In this document: positions 1-11,476 of the stretch, one piece after another | How positions within the stretch are numbered: position 1 is the stretch's first letter | Layout: the number at the start of each line of letters is the position of its first letter | Assembly (NCBI GenBank): GCA_026936335.1 | Contig: JAPMXV010000007.1 | Coordinates: 310,001 to 374,000 of the forward strand | Source: Mantamonas sphyraenae STR306 | Lineage: Eukaryota > Protista > CRuMs | Length of the DNA: 64,000 nt | Reading direction: 5' to 3' | Program-made: the position numbers and the translations under genes | The notes under the pieces: generated by a model | Told to the model about the DNA's origin: nothing | Seen by the model: only the letters and a program-made list of their open reading frames with translations | Database searches by the model: none

Positions 1-1947
1 GCTGCGCCACCGCTGCTGGCTCCGGCCTCGTCCACCGTGGGTGGCTCGACCATAAAGTCGGACAACTGCAGGTGCAGTGGAAAGGCAATGGGCTGGTCGA
101 TTTTGACACGGTCCAGAGTCTGCATGTCGATTTCAAAGCGGGAGAGGACGACATGCAGAACGGGGGGAAGGGTCTTGAGCTTGACGCCGCGCTCGCTGTC
201 CTGGTTGCTTCCACAGTGTTCGCAAAACACGGCGTTGTCGCCAGCCATCTGTTCCACAGCCGTGTACTCGGCCAGCGAGTCGACAATGTTGCGCTTTCCC
301 TTGACCACAATCTGCAGGTCGTAAAAGTTTTCGTCGCGCGTGCGTACGTTGCCGCAGTTCAGGCACTTCATCATGTTGGACAGTTCGCCTCGGTACAAAG
401 CCTCCACACTGTGTTCCGCATCCATCTCCTTGGCGCGCATCTTGCCTTCGATGTTGTCGATGAGCACACGTGCAAGCTCCTGCACATCGTGTTGCACAAA
501 CGTCTGCTCGTCGTCCCAGCCAAAGCTGCACGTCAGTCCAGACGTGCTCAGCGACGACACATCTGCACACTGCAGCCGTGCAAACAGCAGCTGGATCTGG
601 TACATGATGTCTGTGCGGTGTGGATCCTGCTGCACCGTGGCCTCTGCTGAATCGTCCTCCTCATCACTGTCCATGCCGCCCGCAGACTTGCCTCCTGCAA
701 CGCCCGTTTCAGTGTCCTCTTCACTGTCGTCTTCTTTCTTCTGGGCCTTGCTCTTGCTGCCAACCTCCTCGGTCGGGTAGTGGTAGATCAACCGTCGAAA
801 CTCGGGTGTCATGTACAGCAGCTGCACGAGTGAGTTGAGGTAGCAGGTGGCACCTTGGTTCTTGAGTCCCACCAGGTCGTTGTCTGGACGTGTTTGTGCC
901 AACGAGTCGTCGTCGTCGTCGAGCGAGTCGTCGCTGTCGTAGTTGAATCGCGACGGCATGGTTTGCTGGATCCAGTTCATGGTGGCCGATGCAGCCTCAT
1001 TGTTGCTGAAAGCGGTGTGTGAGTGTGTATGGTGTGTGTGTGAGTGTGCGGATGATGGGAAGAGGGGAAATGGAGGGAGAAGGGGGCAAGCGGCCGTCAC
1101 GTACACACTCATCGACGTGTTCTCCATGACAAAGTCCTCAAACATGTCTGGGGTGGTGAGACCGTAGCCGCGCAGGGTCTTTGCGTCTTCGTTGCAGGTA
1201 ATGCCCGAGACGGTGATTCGCTGTTCGCTGGGCAGCGTGCCTGTGCTCTCGAACAGGCGCTCCTTTAGATCACCAATCGTGGTCTCCTCCGTCACGTCCA
1301 CCTGGCAGTACTGCACAATGGTGCCAGCCTCCTTGTAACCAATAAAGATGGACATGGAGCCACTGTACAAAGAATGGCGCACACGTGCGCAGGCATGGTG
1401 TCAGCTGCGGCCGGAGAGGGAAAACGGGAATTCGACCCAAACCAAGCACGAACGGCGACTCACAACGAGCCGCTTCCGATGACGCACACGATGAGGACAC
1501 ACAAGGAGACACGGAAAGAGGCCACGGCAAGGGACGCATGATGCGTGCAGGCGAGTCTGTGTCGCACTTACTCTTCGTTTCGTTCGTTGTCGTAGCCGCC
1601 AAAGGGCAGCTGGTTGGGCTCCAAGCGCACGCCTTCCACGGCCAAGCTCTGCTCAAACAGCTCCCCCGGCGTCATGAAGCGTCCGTCAGCGCCCCACTGG
1701 TTGATCTGCGAAAACATGTCTTCGCTGTCGCCAGCTACAAAGTCGCCGTCGTCGAAATCATCCTGTGTGTGGCGCACACGTGTGTCAGCAGTGAGAAGAT
1801 CGCCTCTCGTCGTCGCACAAAAACTCACTTCGCGGTCCGACCACACAGCAGGCGTGTCGCTGTCACCATCAGAGCTCTGTGTATGTATATGCATTGGGTG
1901 TGTGAGTGTACATGTGTGTCTGTGTGTGTGTGTGTGTGTCGTACCAT
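1..1947 (-). CDS. Ubiquitin-specific protease (peptidase C19, USP7/USP47-like catalytic domain) with N-terminal ubiquitin-like domain; 3' end lies outside the window
   Basis: Missing from the ORF track because it runs off the edge. The minus strand reads LVGLKNQGATCYLNSLVQLLYMTPEFR (Cys box, ~800-880), QHDVQEL, and two CxxC pairs (CLNC, CEHC). A UBL-like segment (TTIGDLKERLFESTGTLPSEQRI...KTLRGYGL) lies at 1105-1362. Predicted exons 1947-1945 (ATG only), 1876-1829, 1762-1572, 1362-1105, 1005-<1 all join in frame through GT-AG introns. The 5'-most exons are less certain than the catalytic exon. Confidence 0.9.
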
Positions 1948-2858
1948 TCTTCAAAGGGGATGGCAAGGGCGACGAGTTTGGGTGTGTCCCGCTGGGCGGT
2001 CTGGTCGTCAACGTGCAATGACGTCCACACCACAGGTTGGCTGGACATCTGCACCATGTATGCCCTGCGTGGTGCATCGCTCATGTTTGGATAGGAGGCA
2101 TGGATGACGAGCGGGTTGATCAGCAGTGCCTGACCCTTGGTCATCTCAATGTCCACCGCATGGTTGTTCAGCCAGCCTTCATCGTTGCTTCCTTTCTCGG
2201 TGTCGACGCTGCGTTCGTTTGCTGCCTCCACCCGTTGTCGCTTGTGGTCGGGTGGTTGGTTCGTCGCTTCGCTTTCCTGCGCCGTGCTTGTGCCCGTGCC
2301 AGATGCAGACGAGTCTTCCTGTCCCGAATTCATTGGTACCATGCGCATGCAGCCGTTGTGCACGGTGGTGTCGTCCAGGGCAATCCACAGTGCAATCGTG
2401 GGCTGCGCGTGTGTTTCCGCGTAGTCTGCGTCTCGATGCCATCCAAAGGCACTGTTGGATGCCCCTGGACCACCCTCTGGCTTCACAATGTACTGTTCAT
2501 TGTACAAGAACAGGGTGCGTGTGTTCATGGCGTCGCGCGCGTGTTGGACGAGCTTTGGATCCACCAGTTGTTCAGACACCGACTCGGAGAGCACCTGAGC
2601 ACGTCGCTGGACATACTCTTGCATGTTGGCACTGCTCCTCAGGTGATCCTTTGTTTCTGAATCCAGGTAGCCACAGCACAGAGGGTCAACAACGCACCCC
2701 AGGTCGGCGACAAGATCCAGCTCCTGATCCACACACCACTGACACAGCGTGTCGATCTCCTCGCATGCCTCATCGACTTGTGCCTGCTCCCAAAGGTCGA
2801 CCACTGCAAAGCCGTGGGTGTCCAGGGTCCATTGGTGGGTGGACGGATGAGCAGACAT
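1869..2858 (-). CDS. Phytanoyl-CoA dioxygenase (PhyH)-family Fe(II)/2-oxoglutarate dioxygenase
   Basis: From ATG 2858: GFAVVD, YIVKP, WHRD (HxD), LWIALDDTTVHNGCMRMVP, IHASYPNMSDAPRRA (distal His and Arg). It ends at 1869 if unspliced (329 aa), or at a splice-created TG|A (1946-1945 plus 1876; 304 aa). Confidence 0.88.
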   Translation of the reverse strand: MSAHPSTHQWTLDTHGFAVVDLWEQAQVDEACEEIDTLCQWCVDQELDLVADLGCVVDPLCCGYLDSETKDHLRSSANMQEYVQRRAQVLSESVSEQLVDPKLVQHARDAMNTRTLFLYNEQYIVKPEGGPGASNSAFGWHRDADYAETHAQPTIALWIALDDTTVHNGCMRMVPMNSGQEDSSASGTGTSTAQESEATNQPPDHKRQRVEAANERSVDTEKGSNDEGWLNNHAVDIEMTKGQALLINPLVIHASYPNMSDAPRRAYMVQMSSQPVVWTSLHVDDQTAQRDTPKLVALAIPFEEWYDTHTHTQTHMYTHTPNAYTYTEL

Positions 2859-2910
2859 GTCGTGATGCCTGCGCCAGCGCCAGCAGCGAAAACGCAACAC
2901 ACCCGACGCG

Positions 2911-5004
2911 ATGCTTCCGTTGCTGCAGATCGACCCCAGCATCGGGTGGTGGTTCATCATCATGATCATCATCATCTTTGCGTTGATCCTCGTGGGCAGC
3001 ATCTATGTGTTGGTGTACTACATGGACGAGGAGGACAAGAACCAAGCCTACTTCCCCAAGGTCGTGGTTGTGCTTGGCCTGACTCTCGCTGCCGCCAACG
3101 TCCTCATGCTTCCCCTGGATGTGGCAAACACCAACGAGCAGGTGGGCCTGGGCATGCGCGACACCTGGCAGGTCATGTACATGATCATTGCCTTTGTCAG
3201 CCTCGTCCTCATCCCCTTTGCCATCTTTTACTACGAGGCCGAAGACTCGGAGAACGAGGGAGTACGTTGCGGGTGAAGGTGGAGAGACAGAAGACAAGAG
3301 GGGGTTTGTGGGAGGGAGGGAAGGCGGAGCTGCGAGGGGGGTGTGTGTTGATGATGTGCTTTGTGTGCTGTGTACCCCACAACGACGCTGACCACGCCTC
3401 GCGGACGACACACAACACACTCGCGCACTCACAGAAGGGCCAGCTTTCGACGGCCATTTTCTACGAGATCATGGCACTGATCATCAGCGGTTTGGCCATT
3501 GGCCTCATGTACGCCTTTCTGGGCTACGCTGACATTCCCGTCACGGTGCTCAACGCCTCGTTCGAGCCTGCCTCGGGCTCCATCGGCTGCGCAAACGTAC
3601 GTCAGGGATTCCTCTCACCGCAAGTCCACCCACAGCCTCGCCAGCACACACACAGGCCCACGGACAGGACAGATGCCATGCCATCGAGACTGGCAGCGTG
3701 TCAGACGGTGTGCATGTCGTGTGCACCCTTGTGCTCCGCTGTGGCTGGCGTGTCCTTGGGTTGGCCAAGTGGATTGCGCGCCCTCCCATCGTGAAATCCC
3801 CTTTTTGCTGACACCCCGCTTTGCGCACGCCATGGCCATGCTGTGTGCCCTTCCACACGTTCATTGGTTGCCATCGTACAGTGCAAGCGTATCTACAGCG
3901 TGCTGACTGTGCAGACCACCCTGCCCGTGTACATTGTGGCCATGCTCAGTTTCGTGGGTACGTTTTCACGCCCCTCTTCCTCCTTTCCCGCTTATGTCGT
4001 CGCTGACCCCGTGTCTGCTGTCCCTTGTCGAATGACTCCCTTGTGTTGTGTGTCCCGACGTCATGTGCCGACGCACACGCTCGCTTTCTCCAAACGACAC
4101 ACCGTTTGCCCACACCCTTGCGCACACCCCCAACACAGGTTTCTTCTTGTTCTGCGTGTTTGGCGGCATCGGCATTGTGGCGCTGCCCATCGACCTGATC
4201 CAGGCCTGGTCCGGCCGTCCCAAGTCCATTGAACTGCAGAGCTACAGCGATCAGCGTCAGCAGCTGTTGAGGCGCACAAGGAAACTGATCGACGTGGGCA
4301 AGCAGTGGAAGGAGGAGGAGCGCGCGGGCAACAAGAGCGCACGCAAGAAGCGCAAGTTTTACAACCGCTTCAAGCAGGCCGTGTATCTGCTGGAACGTGA
4401 CCACGAACACCTCAAGATTGCCTACAAGCTCCGTGGTGGCAACCCGCTGTACTATGCAGCCCAGCTCATTTTCGGCATCATTTCGCTCAGCATCTCCCTC
4501 ATGTGGGTGGTGCACATTGTGGGCTACATGATCATTGGCACCTACTTCCCGCCTGCCGAACCCCTGTTGAACAACCTCTTTGTGGCCCTGGACAGCGTGT
4601 GGGGTCTGTTTGGCACGGCCGCATACGGCACCTATGCTTTCTATCTGCTGCTGGCCGTGGTCAAGGGCAACTTTAAGTTTGGCATGCGCTTCTTCCTCAT
4701 GTCCATCCACCCGATGAAGGTGGGTGAGACCATGATGAACTCGTTCCTGTTCAACACGGGCATGATCCTGCTCTGCTCCATCACCGTCACTCAATTCTGC
4801 ACCGACGCGTTCAACATCTACGCCCGCCTGACCATTGCCGACCTCATTTTCAGCAGTCAGGTCAAGTATCTGCGCTTCCTGCGCTACTTCTGGCAGTACG
4901 GCACCTTTGCCTTTCTGGGCTTTGCCTTCCTCACCCTGGTCTTTCTGCTCATCCGTGGCCCCAAGGACAAGGCCGAGTTTATCAATGACGAGGACAGCGA
5001 CTAA
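2911..5004 (+). CDS. LMBR1/LIMR-family multi-pass membrane protein
   Basis: Exons 2911-3261, 3435-3596, 3882-3957, 4139-5004 join in frame with GTACGT donors. Motifs: DKNQAYFPK, VLMLPLDVAN, IPFAIFYYE, FGGIGIVALPIDLI, IHPMKVGETMMNSFLFN. Confidence 0.92.
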
Positions 5005-5124
5005 GAGAGTGATGGAAGCGAGTGTGTGCCGCAATGGATGGATGGGTCAACAGTGAGACGTGTTTGCTGGATGCAACGTTGTTGTTTGGTCTTTCCCCCC
5101 ACCCCCCTGCATCACACACACCCA

Positions 5125-6526
5125 TCACAGAGTGCGTGCAAGCGTGTACAGCTTGTCGCCGTTGCCGTTGCTGAGAAAGTAGAGTCGCTCGTGCAGCTCC
5201 GGTGTCAGGGGCGTGTTGAGCATATCCATGCGTGCAAAGTAGTTCATGATCTTCTTGGTCTCCTTGCGGGAGAGGGGCGGGACAGCCACAGTGGCGTACG
5301 AGGCCGTGTCCTCCTCCATGTCCTGCTGCCATTGGGGATCCCTCTTGGGATGGCTGAGGGTGGGGGCCATGATCACGTGGCCGTTGGCAAAGCCATGCTG
5401 CACACACTGACGCAGGGTGTTCACCAGACTCAGGTCTGTGGAGAGAAGCATGTTGCTGTCCACATCCTTGTACTCGCTGATGTCCCACAGGCCATCCGCC
5501 TGATCGATGACCAGTGACACCGAGTACTCGTCGCTTTCGTCACGCAGCTGAGCCATCAATTCACCAAAGACCAGACAGGAAAAGTCCCGCGCACGCACAC
5601 CAAACTCAGCCAGGTGACTCAACGATGGGTTGTCCAATGCCTCCTGGTTGGATTCAAAGGTGCGAGCCCACCGTTCTTGAAACACCTCGGGCAGCTCCTC
5701 CAGCTGCTTCTTCATGGGCAACAGTGCCAACTGGCCCATGTTGGCTTCACGAAGGCCACGCAACAGAGTGCTGCCCACCTCGGGCTGGTCGTACAGTCCC
5801 GTCAGCTTCGATTTGGCAACCACCCCTTCGCCTCCGTTCACAATGTCGTGGCGCACTGTCCAGCGCGGCAAATATGGCCGTGTCAGTGCACACAAATCAA
5901 AAACATCCAAGGGCAAACGTCCCCACACAGGGAAACTAGTGGGCATGGGGAGGGGGCATGCAACTGGATCCAACAGGCAACGAGGGGTGGTCCTCGCTGC
6001 GGACGTAAGGAAGGAAAACAAACGGACCTCGCGGCACTGCAATCACCACTCGGGAATCAGGGTCCCGCCTGCCCGCATGCGTCAGCACATTGAGTGCCTG
6101 CGACTTGCCCGCTCCCCGTGGGCCTGTGACAAGCGTGTTGGTGTTGCCACGTGCGTTGTCCAGCACCCGAGTGATGCACGCTCGCACCAGCAGGCCATGC
6201 GCCTCCGGCAGAGTTTCCAGCTGCTCCTGCAGCTTGCCTGCCAGTCCTTCAGGGAACAACGATGCCACATCTTCGCCTTCCATCTCGTAGAATGATCCCT
6301 GGTGGCTGCTGTCCAGTTGCGTGGGGTCATTCGTGGCAAAGAAGCCGTTGTTCGTCCTCTGCTGCTCGTCCTCGCCCACCGCCAGCTCCGCCTCTGCCTC
6401 TGCTGCCTCCGAAGCAATGGGGCCTGTGTGCAGCTGCTTGTTGGCCACACCTGAGCCTGTCACTGCCCATTGCCATGCCTGTGTGTGCATCCGTGCCACG
6501 CTGCTCTTGCTGCACCGTGCAAACAT
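5125..6526 (-). CDS. DAP3: Mitochondrial small-subunit ribosomal protein mS29 (DAP3)
   Basis: Exons 6526-6028 and 5855-5125. Mitochondrial presequence-like start (MFARCSKSSVAR), P-loop GPRGAGKS, LYDQP, Walker-B-like LVIDQ, and C-terminal LYFLSNGN typical of DAP3. Confidence 0.8.
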
Positions 6527-6648
6527 TGCCGAACGAATTGGGGTTGGAGTGACTGCGCCTTCCAAACCAACCCCACTCTCCACTCCGTCACCCACACTTC
6601 TATCATCCTCACCATCCTCATCATCCTCATCATCGACATCCCCGTGCC

Positions 6649-7683
6649 ATGTTAAGCAACAGCAGTCGTGACTTTCCCTGGCTGTGGCGTGTGTTTCTGG
6701 CACTTGCACTTGCGTATGTCGTCGCCATCTCCGTGTTTGCTGCAGAGATTGCACAGGAGTTTAACGATGTGCAAACCACCTTTTGGGCCATCCTTATCCT
6801 GCTGATCAGCTTCCACGTCCTTTCCGTGGCCATCACGGGTGTGGTGACGGAAAACCCGTTTGATTTGTGGTTGTTTGTGGCCCTCTCCACACTCTTGTCT
6901 GCGTTTGTCATTGTGCAAAGCATGGACATGGCCAAAGACTTGCATGTGCGTCGAATGGCCGTGGTAGCAACCATGCAGTTCCTCTTTTGGGGCCTGGGGC
7001 TGGTCGTCCAGCGCAAATTCGGCTGGTGGGTCTTTCTCCGAGCCGGCGCCAACAGCAGTGCCCACCTCGGCTACAGATCCTACCAACTGTGGATGACTCT
7101 TCTCAAGCTCGACCTTGTGCTCTCCCTCTGCTCGGGCATTGTGACCTACTTCAGCGCGGCGTTCCCCTGGGTGTACGTGCTTGATTCGGTCCTCATGCTT
7201 CTCAACCTGGTGTGGGCTGTCGTGGGCTACATGGGTGTCAAAACAGAGTCTTCGAGGCTGACACAGGCCTTTCTGGTGCTCTCTGTGGTCATTCCACTGC
7301 GCATCCTGTCTTCCATTGCACTCGATGTGGTGATGGTCTCGCAAGGAGGGCCGTCGGACGAGCGCAACACGCTGATGGTCCAAGTGGACATTGTGCGTGG
7401 TTTGGCCATTCTTCTACGCATGGCCCTCATCGGTGCCACCCTACGTCTGCGTTCGCAGTACGGAAGCAGCATCAGCGTGGTGCGGCGGGATGCCGCCCAG
7501 AGCGAATATGCGGCCATTGATGACACGAGGACATTCTTTGCCAACAGGGCACCCCGCAATGCAGATTCGGTCTCGGGTGGCCTTGCCGTGGCCTCCCATT
7601 TCACCGTGGAGGCTCGCTCCGCCTCACGCGCAGGCGCAGAGAGGAAGGAGGTGCAGCTGTACGGGTCACCCACCGGATGGTGA
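6649..7683 (+). CDS. Multi-pass membrane protein, UPF0658-like
   Basis: Single 344-aa ORF with about 7-8 hydrophobic helices. TENPFDL and KFGWWVFLRAGA...YRSYQLWMTLLKLD resemble the FGW..(F/Y)..GA...Y..YQ....LLK.D block of UPF0658 proteins (from memory). Confidence 0.65.
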   Translation: MLSNSSRDFPWLWRVFLALALAYVVAISVFAAEIAQEFNDVQTTFWAILILLISFHVLSVAITGVVTENPFDLWLFVALSTLLSAFVIVQSMDMAKDLHVRRMAVVATMQFLFWGLGLVVQRKFGWWVFLRAGANSSAHLGYRSYQLWMTLLKLDLVLSLCSGIVTYFSAAFPWVYVLDSVLMLLNLVWAVVGYMGVKTESSRLTQAFLVLSVVIPLRILSSIALDVVMVSQGGPSDERNTLMVQVDIVRGLAILLRMALIGATLRLRSQYGSSISVVRRDAAQSEYAAIDDTRTFFANRAPRNADSVSGGLAVASHFTVEARSASRAGAERKEVQLYGSPTGW

Positions 7684-7764
7684 TGCAACAGGGGTGAGAT
7701 GGAGACGGGGCATGGGTGCAGTGTGGCGAGAACAGAAAGTGCGCGATGAGAAACAACCCAGCCC

Positions 7765-9387
7765 ATGTCCTCGCAAGCAGAGGCGCAGGCACACAAGAAG
7801 CGGGCTTTGGAGGCACAATGGCGGTTTGGCAAGATGAAGCTGGGCACGTTGGTGAAGCAGTTGGACCAGTTTCTAGACATTCTGGCTCTGGTGGGCAGCA
7901 CACGTGTCAACACGCTGAATCGAGAAGGGATCGCACGCATCCACAGGTGGACAGAGTATCTGCAGCAGCTGGTGAGCAAGTTGGACAATGTAAAGCAAGT
8001 GCAGGTGCTCAATCAGCGCCTTGCCATGATCACACGTGCACGGCACCTTCAGCCACCGCTCGACGTGTCCTTCCTTGCTGCAGCCGCCCACCACAGTCTC
8101 GCCACGGTGATTCTGAATCCATGCTGCAAACATGCCGTGCGCGAAGGTATGCTCCGAGCCAACCTGGCCATCGGCACGCAACAGCGGCTGTTCTTGGTGC
8201 GAAAAGAGCAGCAGGAACCGAACAGGAATCTCCACGACGGTGTCGACGACGATATCCAAGACGTGGGTGACGATGAGATGGAGAGCGACGACAAGGATGC
8301 GCTGTATGGTGATGACTTGCACATGTGGCAGCTGGTGAGGGAGAGCACGCGGTCGCATGTGAGCCTGGGCAAGGTGAGTGATTACGGGGAGAGTGTTCAG
8401 GAACTGAGCCGGAGGGCTTTGGAAACACTGACAAGAAGTGAGGAAACGTCTCAGGATCTTGGCATTGCATTGCAGCGCAGGGCGGCGACACGGTGCCTGC
8501 TTTCATGGCAGGAGAACCTTGTGCGAGAGGCGTACCGTGTGGAATCGTCGACCAGGGCAAGTGGCACACCACACACCCTGTGTGTTGACTGGAAACAACA
8601 CTTTCGATCGGAATGCATAGCACAACGGTGCATGGGCATGACGATGCACAGGGAGGCAATGTACCGTGTACAAGTGAAACACAAGAGCTGCGAGGCGGTG
8701 GCATCGGATCTGGCATCCACAGCAGGGCGACACGAGACACTGATGCACTCTGTGGCCTCCATGATGGCGTTTGTAGAGTGGGGATGTTCCGAGGGAGAGA
8801 CGGTGCACACGCGAGTGATGGACAAGTTGTTGGAGAGCGACCAAAGCGAATTGGCACGCAGTCGTCTGCTGAGCCTTCATCCGTGGCTGGCGGCGCATCT
8901 GGCACACATACACATGGCCTACTTTGTGTCGTACATGCAAAATCTGATCAACAGGATGCAAGTTCAGGTGTTGGATGTGCTGCATGTGTGGACACATGCG
9001 CTAGGGACAGCCGAGGAAGAAGCCTCGCAATCCGCAGAGACGGCCCTGCCTGGGCTGGTTACGAGCTGGGGACAGATGCTCGACGAGCTCGTGGATGTGT
9101 ACATACGCGTGGCCAATCTGGTGCACTTGCACACAGTGTGCAAACCGCTACGGTCGTGCTTGACCACCGCCACAGGCATGGGACTGTGCACGCGCCTGGA
9201 CATCCCCACACGGACACATGCAGCTCTGCTACTGAGCGAGATCCCCACTCAGTGTGGCCAGTTGGCCGAGGCTCTCCTGGACGCAGCCTGTGTCGACATG
9301 CTTGCCTCGATGCAGGCAGATGCACGCGTGCTACCTCTGGTCGATCTTGCAGCTGAGATTCTGCAATGGTTTGCGTGCTTCACTTGA
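7765..9387 (+). CDS. Helical protein with Fanconi anemia group F (FANCF)-like N- and C-terminal blocks
   Basis: 540-aa intronless ORF. LVKQLDQFLDILALVGSTRVNTLNREGIARIHRWTEYL aligns by eye with the FANCF N-terminus (LLQHLDRFSELLAVSSTTYVSTWDPATVRRALQWARYL). LLSLHPWLAAHLAHIHMAYFVSYMQNL resembles the FANCF C-terminal helical repeat. The CDS is confident; the family call is moderate. Confidence 0.6.
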   Translation: MSSQAEAQAHKKRALEAQWRFGKMKLGTLVKQLDQFLDILALVGSTRVNTLNREGIARIHRWTEYLQQLVSKLDNVKQVQVLNQRLAMITRARHLQPPLDVSFLAAAAHHSLATVILNPCCKHAVREGMLRANLAIGTQQRLFLVRKEQQEPNRNLHDGVDDDIQDVGDDEMESDDKDALYGDDLHMWQLVRESTRSHVSLGKVSDYGESVQELSRRALETLTRSEETSQDLGIALQRRAATRCLLSWQENLVREAYRVESSTRASGTPHTLCVDWKQHFRSECIAQRCMGMTMHREAMYRVQVKHKSCEAVASDLASTAGRHETLMHSVASMMAFVEWGCSEGETVHTRVMDKLLESDQSELARSRLLSLHPWLAAHLAHIHMAYFVSYMQNLINRMQVQVLDVLHVWTHALGTAEEEASQSAETALPGLVTSWGQMLDELVDVYIRVANLVHLHTVCKPLRSCLTTATGMGLCTRLDIPTRTHAALLLSEIPTQCGQLAEALLDAACVDMLASMQADARVLPLVDLAAEILQWFACFT

Positions 9388-9421
9388 ATCATGGTCGTTT
9401 CATTGATGGAATGCACACGCG

Positions 9422-11426
9422 TCATTTCTTCTCCTGAACCACCCCCTTGAAAAAGATCTCTGCAGGCTCGCGGAACCCCTGGGCCCATTGTGCATGGTCG
9501 CCGTACGATACGACGGTTGGTGGTGAGCTGATGATGCGCCAGGCCACACGCTGGACATCCTCTGTGGTGAGTGCATCGATTTTCTTGCATGCCTCGCGTG
9601 CAGAGCTGGTTTTGCCGTAGATGAGGTTGGACTTGGCCAGCTCCTCAAACAAAATGACGCGTGACTCAAGGTTCATCATGAGGCTGCTCTTGAGCTGATT
9701 CTTGGCTCGCTCCAGTTCCACAGTGCCAATGTTGTTTGCCATGCGGTAGAGCTCGAGACAAAGGACCTCGTTGAGATTCATGGTGGCGTTGGAGGAGGTT
9801 TCGCCGTGGATGCCAAACAGGCCCGAATCGGTGTAGCAGATGTTGAACGCAGTGGCCGATTCGATCCAGGCGTGCTCCGACAGGACATTCATGTACAGAC
9901 GTGAGTACATGCCCTTGCCCGGCCCTCCGGAGGAGAAGGAGCCGCCGCCACCCATGAGCATGTGCAGCACGTTGGCCGCAAACAGATCCGGGTCATCCCA
10001 GGCCACCCCCTCAAAAGCAATGATAAAATGGGCGTCCGTGACACCACTCTTATCGATTTTGTACTCTCCTCCTGTGTACTGAGCACGAGCCTGGGATTTG
10101 GCTGTGGCGGAACCAGGGTAGGCTTCGGGCAATTCGTTGAAGCCATGCTTGACAGCCAAGTCGACAAACTGGCCATGGTCCACACCCGCCGCAGCCAAGA
10201 CCATGCCCGGAGCCACAAAGAAGCGCTTGCGAAAGTCGTGGACGGCGTCGAGGGTGATGCGTCCCACATCCTTGGGGTCTGCATACAGGGGCTGACCAAG
10301 GGTTTTGCCCTCTCCATAGGCACTGTAGTGAAGCACCTCGGGCAGATACATGTCAGGTGACATGGCCACCTCCTCCAGCTCCCGGGTCAGGTAGAATCGC
10401 AGTTCGTCCAGCTCGGCCTGGGTGTACTCTGGACGCAGCACCACGTCGGCCAGCAGATGCATCATCTTGTCCATTTCAGGGCGCATCACATCGCATGAGT
10501 ACAGCAGCTGTTCACGAGATGACCCACTGGTCAGGTTCCCGCCCACAAACTCCACTGTCTGCACAATGTCTGCGGCGGAATAGTTTTTGGTAGACTGTGT
10601 GTGTGTGTGTGAACGGGGCTGTGAGTACGTGGGAAGGGTATGACGTGCGGTGGGGCAACAGAGAGGAGAGAGAGAGAGAGAAAGAGAGAGAGAGTGTGTG
10701 TGATTGTACGACTGTGTGCTGTCATGGGGCGTACCTTGAAGGCCAACTTTTCGAGGAGATGCGTCATGCCGCGAGTCGCCTGGCTTTCGTTGCGGCAGCC
10801 GACATTGACCGCGACGCCAAAGGTTGCCGAGGGACCATAGGTTTCCTGGGTGACAATCTGGAGAGCGGGTGGGGCGGTGAGAGTGGCAAAAGGGTGAGTG
10901 GTAAGGGGAGAGACGAGAAGAGAGAGAGAGAGGACTGGTCGGGGGGAAAAGGGCAACGCACCTTGAGGCCGTTGTCGAGGACAGTGGTGTGTGAAGGCAA
11001 CTCATCGTCCGAGAGCCATTGCTTGGGCTCACGGAAGGGCACAGAAACATGCCAGGAAGGCACCTGGGTGAGCCAGTCGTCTTTGACGGGAGGCAAAGGC
11101 GGGAGATCGTCTGGGGCCGGACGCAGCTGGGCTTCCTTGGCGCGTACGTTGTCGGAAGTGGCCTTGATTGCATCGTTGCCACCGAGGCCAAACACACGCG
11201 TGAAGAAACCCTGGGATTCCTCTGGGGCAGCCTCGTCGACGTTGGCAGGGCTGGTGGGGGCGTGGGTTGCGTCCGGGGTCTTGCCGCCGGCTGCTGCCGT
11301 TCCTGTGTGTGTGTGCAGGCCATGGTGGGGGGGATGACGCAGCAGCACAGCCGCGGATGGACCGGAGGAGGCAGTGCTGGCCATGGCCACGGGACCACGG
11401 GTGTGCACAAGGGAACGGGCAAACAT
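9422..11426 (-). CDS. PMPCA: Mitochondrial processing peptidase alpha subunit
   Basis: Exons 11426-10962, 10857-10735, 10594-9422. TVLDNGLK, GMTHLLEKLAFK (no HxxEH zinc site), glycine-rich loop MGGGGSFSSGGPGKGMYSRLY, ELERAKNQLKSSLMMNLESR. Confidence 0.96.
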
Positions 11427-11476
11427 GGGTGGAGGTGGCGGCGACGGCGGAGGCAGAACGAAGCAGGCATCTCGAG

